Below, one piece after another: positions 57,988 through 64,000 of a stretch of DNA of 64,000 bases. The stretch spans positions 82,818-146,817 of the forward strand of contig JAJDCA010000037.1 of the NCBI GenBank assembly GCA_029261055.1. Reading direction: 5' to 3'. This stretch comes from Candidatus Omnitrophota bacterium (GTDB taxonomy: Bacteria > Omnitrophota > Gorgyraeia > Zapsychrales > Zapsychraceae). A program made the position numbers and the translations under genes. The notes beneath the pieces were generated by a model. It had not been told where the DNA came from. It worked only from the letters and a program-made list of their open reading frames with translations, and did no database searches. Each line of letters starts with the position of its first letter. Positions within the stretch are counted from its first letter, which is position 1.

Positions 57988-58003
57988 TATTTTCTCTCAA
58001 TAT

Positions 58004-58193
58004 AAAAGTGCGGGCCTTTTTCTCACCCGCTCGCCAGATTTGAGATGATCATGCTCACCGAGCCATTTGCCTTTCCTTGCGGAAACTTCAAGAATCATAG
58101 CTAGGCTATTCTCGCTCAACTTAAAGTCTTTTTGTTCGTACTGGACTATTGTTACGTTGTCTTAACCATATAGGGATTCGGGCAACGCAACTC
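58004..58193 (-). ncRNA. Candidate multi-stem ncRNA immediately 3' of tRNA-Arg
   Basis: 9-bp stem 58151-58191, TTTCC-GCAA-GGAAA GNRA hairpin 58072-58085, nested TTGAG/CTCAA and CGAG/CTCG pairs, final GCGGG/CCCGC hairpin plus U-tract. Confidence 0.5.
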
Positions 58194-58204
58194 AATATTT
58201 AAAA

Positions 58205-58278
58205 TACACTCATTAGGATTCGAACCTAAAACCTACAGGGTAGAAACCTGTTGCTCTATCCATTTGAGCTATGAGTGC
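58205..58278 (-). tRNA. tRNA-Arg(UCU), CCA not encoded
   Basis: Acceptor GCACTCA/TGAGTGT, D-arm AGCTCAAATGGATAGAGC, anticodon stem ACAGG-TTTCTAC-CCTGT, T-loop GGTTCGAATCC. Confidence 0.95.
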
Positions 58279-58289
58279 ATAGCTTATTC

Positions 58290-58841
58290 TTAGTAAGGGA
58301 TAATGTCTTCATCCTCTTCTTTTTCGTCGCCAACTACAACAAATTCAATAATTGAAATGGTTGTTTCTGGACTAAATTCAACGTCAAGGTGTTTTTGAAC
58401 CAAGTCTTCTTTAATAGCGGCTTCGTCTTGGTATCCTGCCAAAACTGCATCTGTATCATTTAGTGAGTCAAACGACTTTGCTTCCATTGCAGTTACATAC
58501 ACCTCTACAACGTCGAGTTGGTCTACGTCATTAAATAAATTAACCAAACCCAATCCACAACCTACTGTTCCAGGAATAGCAAGAGATGTTGCTCCCGCCT
58601 CTGTTACTAGGTTTAGATCATCCTCTACCACTGAAATCTGATATTTTACAGCACTATTATTAGGATCTAAACAACAATCTTCCGTATCTTCTGGCGATGC
58701 CAACATATCTTCGACCCGATTTGCCTTTAAGATATCTAGTTCAGATTCATAGATGGCAACAAGTTCCTGTGCCGCTTCACGATAACTACTATTTCGATTA
58801 CCATAAAGTAACTCAATTAACTGTTTCTTGTCATTACTCAT
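58290..58841 (-). CDS. Acidic protein with ASCH/PUA-like C-terminal domain
   Basis: VYVT..KSFDSLNDTDAVLAGY..L...H..PETTISIIEF. Confidence 0.55.
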   Translation of the reverse strand: MSNDKKQLIELLYGNRNSSYREAAQELVAIYESELDILKANRVEDMLASPEDTEDCCLDPNNSAVKYQISVVEDDLNLVTEAGATSLAIPGTVGCGLGLVNLFNDVDQLDVVEVYVTAMEAKSFDSLNDTDAVLAGYQDEAAIKEDLVQKHLDVEFSPETTISIIEFVVVGDEKEEDEDIIPY

Positions 58842-59145
58842 TTAATTCTCCTTTTTCATTTGTTTCTATAACTGCTAGAATATCTCCGGCAGATAAAATA
58901 ACCAGCTCGCCACTGCTGACATTTGTGGCATTGTTAGAGTTTGCATTGACTATAACGGTATCGCCAACGTCGACCGAGATCTCTTCTCTTTCCCCACTGT
59001 CCAGTAGTCTTCCTGGGCCAACGGCCAATACCTCTGCGCGTAGTGTTGCTTCACGAGCAGATTCCACTAGAAACAGCCCATTGTCGGTAGTTTCTGATGC
59101 TCTTATTGGTTTAAGAACAACTCTGTCATTTATTGGTTTCAACAT
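58834..59145 (-). CDS. groES: Co-chaperonin GroES
   Basis: LKPINDRVVLK..GLFL..AEVLAVGPGR..VDVGDTV..DILAVI. Confidence 0.92.
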   Translation of the reverse strand: MLKPINDRVVLKPIRASETTDNGLFLVESAREATLRAEVLAVGPGRLLDSGEREEISVDVGDTVIVNANSNNATNVSSGELVILSAGDILAVIETNEKGELNE

Positions 59146-59164
59146 ATTTAAACTCCTAGTCTAT

Positions 59165-59193
59165 ATTATACATTATATTTTAAATATTTTCAA
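59165..59193 (-). promoter_or_regulatory. Sigma70-type promoter for the groES-tRNA unit
   Basis: TTGAAA-17nt-TATAAT upstream of the AGGAG RBS. Confidence 0.65.
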
Positions 59194-59209
59194 TATTATT
59201 TTTATTTTT

Positions 59210-59785
59210 CTATTCTTTGTCAACGCCACCAAATATTTCTTGATACATACTGATAAATATGTCGGCAGTTTCACGAGCGTCATCTATCGCCAAATGAGTG
59301 TGTTTCTGTGGACCAAACCACGACTTAGGCATATTTCGTTTTGTTGACTTAACAAACTTACAGCACATGGCGCACATTGCCATCGTTTTCATGTCGATAC
59401 ACGAAAATCCTAGACAGTTTCTACTGCCGCAGAATTCAACCATGTACCATCGAACAAATGTGAAATCAAAGCCTGCTGGGTGTGCAGTAAATATTGGTCG
59501 ACCTGGCAAACTCTTCAGCCAATTTTCGTAGTTTCTCATGGCGTATTCTGGGTCTTGAGTATCTATTCGTGTCGCCCTATATTCTTCTGGGTAATCTCTC
59601 CAAAACTTCATCGTGTCTATATCTTCGCAGTCTCCAGGCAATCTTTCAAGATTGGTTTCAAATTCTCCAATCTTATCCATGTTTTCATCAACTGCTACTG
59701 AGGCGAAACTTAACATTGAGTGCTTGCCAGGAATTGGTCCATTTGATTCAACGTCTGTAACTATATAAATTTCTGGCTTACTCAT
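59210..59785 (-). CDS. DEDDh 3'-5' exo(ribo)nuclease (Rv2179c-like)
   Basis: TDVESNGP, PAGFD, IDMKT, HLAIDDA. Confidence 0.85.
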   Translation of the reverse strand: MSKPEIYIVTDVESNGPIPGKHSMLSFASVAVDENMDKIGEFETNLERLPGDCEDIDTMKFWRDYPEEYRATRIDTQDPEYAMRNYENWLKSLPGRPIFTAHPAGFDFTFVRWYMVEFCGSRNCLGFSCIDMKTMAMCAMCCKFVKSTKRNMPKSWFGPQKHTHLAIDDARETADIFISMYQEIFGGVDKE

Positions 59786-60027
59786 TATGACAAATCTTTC
59801 TCATGCTTACTTATTGCTTTGTTGAATTCTTTATTTAAAGCTTTGCTCATGTCCTCAAGTCTTTTTCTGTTCATTCTCTCTGCAAGCTTGCCAGAGCTAT
59901 ACCCTGACTTAAATCCAATATCGCTACCTATCTTATAAGACCCAATTCCGACGAATATAATAAAACACAGCAAAAACCCTACTATTGTGTAAATATATAT
60001 AAATTCCATTTTATCCACTATTTTCAT
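59785..60027 (-). CDS. Small membrane protein
   Basis: TM helix followed by GSDIGFKSGYSSG repeats. Confidence 0.6.
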   Translation of the reverse strand: MKIVDKMEFIYIYTIVGFLLCFIIFVGIGSYKIGSDIGFKSGYSSGKLAERMNRKRLEDMSKALNKEFNKAISKHEKDLS

Positions 60028-60208
60028 CTCTAATTGTAATTGTTATTTTTTGTTTGTCTTTTCCATAAACACTATGAATTTTCTTAAGATTTGCTCTTAT
60101 CTCTGCAATAGTCTCGTCCAGCTTTTCTCCATCTTTGATCTTAATACGATAATTCACCCTAATCTCTATATTTTCAGGCATTGGCGGATACTTTCTCTAC
60201 TGCTGATA

Positions 60209-60553
60209 CTATATTTTAAAATCTCCAGTCTTATTCATCATATCGTGTAACATTTCCGAACATTCAGCACATACGGTAATAGACTCTTGTACTAATTCCG
60301 AACTATTGCAATACTTATTACCATTTGTGAATGGTCGGTTTGGTATTTTCATACAATCATTTCTCATATGTTTAAAATGTGGAGTTTTAATGATTAGTTT
60401 ATTTTCATTTTTTTTATTGATCTTAATACTACAGTATTCACACTCTTTGTCTGTAGAAAAAGCCTGATAAATATTGGCTCCATGTCTAAAGAACGCTGCT
60501 AAAAATAGTGTTGCTATTACACAAGTGCCTATAATTGATAATGTTATCCACAT
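60209..60553 (-). CDS. Membrane-anchored zinc-finger protein
   Basis: N-terminal TM; CEYC..CAEC. Confidence 0.6.
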   Translation of the reverse strand: MWITLSIIGTCVIATLFLAAFFRHGANIYQAFSTDKECEYCSIKINKKNENKLIIKTPHFKHMRNDCMKIPNRPFTNGNKYCNSSELVQESITVCAECSEMLHDMMNKTGDFKI

Positions 60554-60659
60554 AATTTAACCTTTCTACCAGATTTAAACTATCTTGACAATACCATTAT
60601 ACCGGACTTTACTGAGTTTGTATCAGATTTATCTACAAATGATAAAATATTTTTTTTAT

Positions 60660-60688
60660 CTGACTATGCTAGAATTATGTGATATACT
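60660..60688 (+). promoter_or_regulatory. Sigma70-type promoter at the strand switch
   Basis: CTGACT-17nt-TATACT with a TGn extended -10, upstream of the plus-strand gene run. Confidence 0.45.
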
Positions 60689-60734
60689 GCTATAGGATAA
60701 AGATTATATTTTAAATTTATAGAAAGAAACTAAA

Positions 60735-61070
60735 GTGAAATGGGAAATGAAGAGGCGTCTAGATAGGTCTGGACTAATAGAATATGTTTGCAAATGTGGC
60801 GTTGGTCATCCAGTTTGGGGTTCTGCCTTGTGGATATGTCAAAATAAGAATGGGACAGATTATCCTGAACTAGATAGAGATGCTACGAACGAGATGATTC
60901 ACGGCTGTTGCGGTTGCTGTGAAAGAGATGACTGGCCTGGAACAGTTGAAAACTCATTAAAAGTAGCTCATGACATTATTAAATCTCAGAATAAAACAAT
61001 ATCTCAATTAAATCGTGAAATTAGCAGACTATTAATAGTTGAACAGAAGTCAAAGTTAAAACCAAAGTAA
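60735..61070 (+). CDS. Cys/His metal-binding phage protein
   Basis: EYVCKCGVGHP..IHGCCGCC. Confidence 0.7.
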   Translation: MKWEMKRRLDRSGLIEYVCKCGVGHPVWGSALWICQNKNGTDYPELDRDATNEMIHGCCGCCERDDWPGTVENSLKVAHDIIKSQNKTISQLNREISRLLIVEQKSKLKPK

Positions 61071-61085
61071 GGTCTTGGGATTTTT

Positions 61086-61262
61086 ATGGATAACGAGCAG
61101 AAGGTAGAAGTTGCCATCAATCAAATGGAAGAAATAATTGAAAATAATGTCAAACTTCTTGAAAGTAGTAAAAGGTATAAAGTTACAAGAGAAGAACTTT
61201 TGATTCTATTGCATGAAGCATACTGTTTAGGTTTCGAGTCTTGTATGAAAGGAGATTTTTGA
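61086..61262 (+). CDS. Small hypothetical protein (58 aa)
   Basis: Missing from the ORF track; MDNEQKVEVAINQMEEII...MKGDF fills the gap between genes. Confidence 0.55.
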   Translation: MDNEQKVEVAINQMEEIIENNVKLLESSKRYKVTREELLILLHEAYCLGFESCMKGDF

Positions 61263-61678
61263 TCTTGTATTTTTTTAACAAAAAGAAAAATTCTGGTGGT
61301 GGCTTTTCGATGTGGGGATATTTTAACAAGAAAAAAGCCGTCGATACCGACAAAGGAGTCACGAGAGAAATCACAATTGGTGATATGTATGATCAGATTG
61401 ATGAACTTTGTGGGTTTTTCAGCAGCATGTCTGATGATGAACTGAGTAACAAGTACTGTGAAGCTGGGAAAATATACGGTGAAGCTCTTGGCTATATTGG
61501 TCTTGGCACATGTGTTCACATGAAACGAAAAAGTCACTTATTTTTTATGCTGGAGAGAGAATATGATGTTAGGGGATTTATTCCAGTAGACTTGAATGAC
61601 TTTATTTCTGCTGGCTATTGGAGCAAGGATATTTCACATTTAATGAATATAAAGAGATCTGAAGAAAAGGAAGACTAA
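61241..61678 (+). CDS. Hypothetical protein
   Basis: 145 aa ORF; real start probably TTG 61259 or ATG 61310. Confidence 0.6.
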   Translation: MYERRFLILYFFNKKKNSGGGFSMWGYFNKKKAVDTDKGVTREITIGDMYDQIDELCGFFSSMSDDELSNKYCEAGKIYGEALGYIGLGTCVHMKRKSHLFFMLEREYDVRGFIPVDLNDFISAGYWSKDISHLMNIKRSEEKED

Positions 61679-61929
61679 TGGACTTATTACCTAAAAAAGA
61701 TATTAATTATGACTTGGTTGAGCTACCTCTCAAGCACCATGAAGAGTATCGCAAGCATACGTGCAAGACTGTGGTTCTTAATCCTCTATTCATTAAGAGT
61801 ATTAAGTGCTTCGGACATCCGACAATTCATCTTGATGATCAGTACGGTGGGTTAGATATAGATCTCCCAGTAGAAGAACTGATCTCTCGCCTCGGCCTAA
61901 CAGTCAAGTGGATGGAGGAGCAGTCATGA
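61678..61929 (+). CDS. FlbD-like small protein
   Basis: DLVELP..VLNPLFIKSI..LPVEELISRLGL. Confidence 0.6.
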   Translation: MDLLPKKDINYDLVELPLKHHEEYRKHTCKTVVLNPLFIKSIKCFGHPTIHLDDQYGGLDIDLPVEELISRLGLTVKWMEEQS

Positions 61930-62282
61930 GTGAGGTGACATTTGAACAGGTAATGGAAGTGGCGACTGATTTCTATGGCAGCGACTCGACTCTAGAGATC
62001 ACACTAAAGAATAATATGGCCAAAGCTATGTTCGAGTTGCTAGATACACACAAACCACCAACCCCTAAGCCTGACTTGGTTGAGTTGCCGTACAGCAAAG
62101 GGAAAACATTTTTTGTTAGTCCAACGGATATAGCCCTGATTGGAAAACATGGTAAGAATGGAGAGTGGACATATTTCATTCGAAAAGGCGATGGAGAAGA
62201 AGAGTGTATGTACAAAGTAGAATTAACTGTTGAGGAAACTCTTTCTCGTCTTGGTTTAAGAATAAAACGACTTAACGATTAG
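61926..62282 (+). CDS. Protein with FlbD-like C-terminal domain
   Basis: Start ATG 61926 after GGAGG; DLVELP..FVSPTDI..LTVEETLSRLGL. Confidence 0.6.
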   Translation: MSEVTFEQVMEVATDFYGSDSTLEITLKNNMAKAMFELLDTHKPPTPKPDLVELPYSKGKTFFVSPTDIALIGKHGKNGEWTYFIRKGDGEEECMYKVELTVEETLSRLGLRIKRLND

Positions 62283-62290
62283 GCATCATT

Positions 62291-62518
62291 ATGAGTAATC
62301 GTCTTAAGAAATGTCCTCACTGCGCAAGTAAAGATTTAGAAAAATGCGAGGACTACTGTGATGATTTTGGAGACGGACCCTTGCATGCAGTAGTGGAATA
62401 TATTAAGTGTTTAAATTGTGGTGCTACTGGACCTACTTGGATAGAGATGCCTCGCGGTGTTAAGGATATCGGAGAGGCCACATGGAATACGCGAAGAAAA
62501 AAGTTAAGGAAGAGATAA
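62291..62518 (+). CDS. Lar-like (restriction alleviation) zinc-ribbon protein
   Basis: LKKCPHC..IKCLNCGATGP..A.WNTR. Confidence 0.7.
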   Translation: MSNRLKKCPHCASKDLEKCEDYCDDFGDGPLHAVVEYIKCLNCGATGPTWIEMPRGVKDIGEATWNTRRKKLRKR

Positions 62519-62766
62519 TGAAAAAAGAACAGCTTAAAAAAGCTAACGATATTGTAAAGAAGATGTCAGATAATGAAATTATGCAAACCAATGTTAATAG
62601 GTTTCAGAGTTTCCGTGTTGACTCTTGGACACCTCCTGATATTAATAATTTTATTAATATAATGAAACTTATCCGGTCATCTTCCAAAACCAAGATTTGT
62701 GAAATTCTTAGGGAGGATCTTAGGATAGAGAACTATACTCTAAATAAGATGTTTGAGGAACTGTAA
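62518..62766 (+). CDS. Hypothetical protein
   Basis: Start at the TAATG overlap at 62518 (MKKEQL). Confidence 0.6.
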   Translation: MKKEQLKKANDIVKKMSDNEIMQTNVNRFQSFRVDSWTPPDINNFINIMKLIRSSSKTKICEILREDLRIENYTLNKMFEEL

Positions 62767-63269
62767 TGATTAACACTGAATATAACTACAAAGAACCAAC
62801 ACACTGCTATACGTGTGAATGCGAGCTTGGTAAACCATTCACGTATGGGTTAGGAGATGACGAAGACAAGCTTACATTTTGTTCTGTTGACTGTATGTGG
62901 AAACAAAAGCATCATCAAGATGCTGCTCTTGATGTGTTCATGAATGACTGGTATGCACACAAGTTTCGTAGCATTATGGCATTTTCAGTCATTCTATTTC
63001 AGTTAATATGTATCACTACTTTTATCATAATGTTCTCTGATATTTTTTCATGGGGTATTCACATATTGTGGCTACTAATTGTACCAACCGCTCTTATTGC
63101 TATTGGTGCCAATGAGTTGTTTTCTATTAATAGAGAAAATCGCAAACTTAGCGGTGAAAATCCATATGGTAACATTGATGATGATGAACAGAAATTCTGG
63201 TACGATTCTTCCTGTAATGATATAAAAAACACCTTTGACGGCATTATGGAAGAGCGTGAGGATGACTAA
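62766..63269 (+). CDS. Zn-finger (TRASH-like) membrane protein
   Basis: CYTC..FCSVDC followed by two TM helices. Confidence 0.65.
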   Translation: MINTEYNYKEPTHCYTCECELGKPFTYGLGDDEDKLTFCSVDCMWKQKHHQDAALDVFMNDWYAHKFRSIMAFSVILFQLICITTFIIMFSDIFSWGIHILWLLIVPTALIAIGANELFSINRENRKLSGENPYGNIDDDEQKFWYDSSCNDIKNTFDGIMEEREDD

Positions 63270-63795
63270 CAAGATAATAGATCGTTTTATTGATTTGTGG
63301 GACTATATTAGATATCTACCATATAGAATTTATATCGATATGAAATATTGGTCAACTAACTTGCGTAGAATTATAGACTTTGTACCCATTGTTTGGAGTG
63401 ATTATGATTTTGATTGCCAAAGTGGACTTTATATGCTAATATACAAGAAGCTTGAAAGACTTGAGCCATGTTTACGTAATGGGCATTTGCTTAATGGTGA
63501 AAAATACGCTAAAGAAGTTCGAAATGTTATGCTTGTTCTTGAAAGAATAATGGCAGATGACTATTGTTTTGAAGAGCGCTTAGACCATTTAAAAAAATGG
63601 GGCCAATATCGTATTGGTAGAGCTAATTCAGACGAAAAAACATTTTGTAATTTATTTGTCACTACCGAAGAGGAAGAGAAGTTGTGTAAGTCGGAATATT
63701 TTGACATTATAACAAAACAGGGGCATTTATTACAAAGAGATATTGATTGGGTGTTTCGAATTATTGGAGAGCGCCATTTGTATTGGTGGGATTAG
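63262..63795 (+). CDS. Conserved phage hypothetical protein
   Basis: Start MTNKI; W.DYDFD..KKL..and terminal WWD pattern seen in many phage ORFs. Confidence 0.7.
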   Translation: MTNKIIDRFIDLWDYIRYLPYRIYIDMKYWSTNLRRIIDFVPIVWSDYDFDCQSGLYMLIYKKLERLEPCLRNGHLLNGEKYAKEVRNVMLVLERIMADDYCFEERLDHLKKWGQYRIGRANSDEKTFCNLFVTTEEEEKLCKSEYFDIITKQGHLLQRDIDWVFRIIGERHLYWWD

Positions 63796-63821
63796 AAAAG
63801 TAAAATAAAGGAGATTTTTAA

Positions 63822-64000
63822 ATGGGAATGAGCGATGGCGAAAATATGAATTTAGAAAAACTTGAAATTGTTAGACTTAACTTAATGCTTGATGAGCTGT
63901 CTGCTACTTCGGGCGGTGCAAGTACCAGAGAAAGACTTATGGACCTACTAAGTAGATATGTCGATGGTAAACCCCTACCAACAAAAGAACAACTTGTTTA
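63822..64000 (+). CDS. Hypothetical protein (reaches window end)
   Basis: AAGGAG RBS; MGMSDGENMNLEKLEIVRLNL... Confidence 0.55.
   Translation, partial: MGMSDGENMNLEKLEIVRLNLMLDELSATSGGASTRERLMDLLSRYVDGKPLPTKEQLV

Noticed and set aside
58697-59347. 216-aa plus-strand ORF
   Set aside because: It is antisense to groES and its neighbours, which have clear homology.
60029-60157. 42-aa minus-strand ORF (VNYRIKIKDGEKLDETIAEIRANLKK...) faintly like ribosomal bS21
   Set aside because: It lacks the Arg-rich ALRRFK and KP motifs; the similarity is too weak to call.
1-64000. Stop-codon reassignment, as seen in some large phages
   Set aside because: Genes are full length under code 11, and TAG/TGA end genes at junctions with coupled starts.
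1-64000. CRISPR array, DGR template/variable repeat pair or reverse transcriptase
   Set aside because: No spaced repeats, RT motifs or adenine-variable repeat pair were seen by eye; the only long exact repeat noticed is in the collagen region.

Overview
A 64 kb slice of a large, AT-rich, tailed dsDNA bacteriophage genome using the standard genetic code and strong AGGAG/GGAGG ribosome-binding sites. No sheath gene is visible and the tape measure is 2045 aa, so the virion is probably a long-tailed siphovirus. Positions 1-39 kb (minus strand) form a morphogenesis operon: intein-split terminase large subunit, portal, CHRD-domain protein, protease/scaffold, decoration protein, major capsid, neck proteins, tail tube, two paralogous tail chaperones, tape measure, and tail-tip/appendage proteins made of two paralog families plus LamG and PKD domains. 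Positions 39-49 kb hold an ERCC4 nuclease, a Cys-rich sigma factor, a degenerate DNA methyltransferase, dUTPase, class II RNR, a metallophosphoesterase, an IMPDH/GMPR-family enzyme and ThyX. A lone plus-strand collagen-like fibre gene follows. Positions 50-64 kb contain small accessory ORFs, an HD hydrolase, tRNA-Arg(UCU), GroES and a DEDDh exonuclease. The most unusual signals are: (1) strong enrichment of a Ser-Gly motif in many predicted surface virion proteins, a possible modification sequon; (2) a repeated CGTA-N3-TAnnnT promoter motif that may be read by the phage sigma factor; (3) two structured intergenic RNA candidates, one rod-shaped and possibly 6S-like. All calls come from visual motif recognition and hand counts; no database searches were run.
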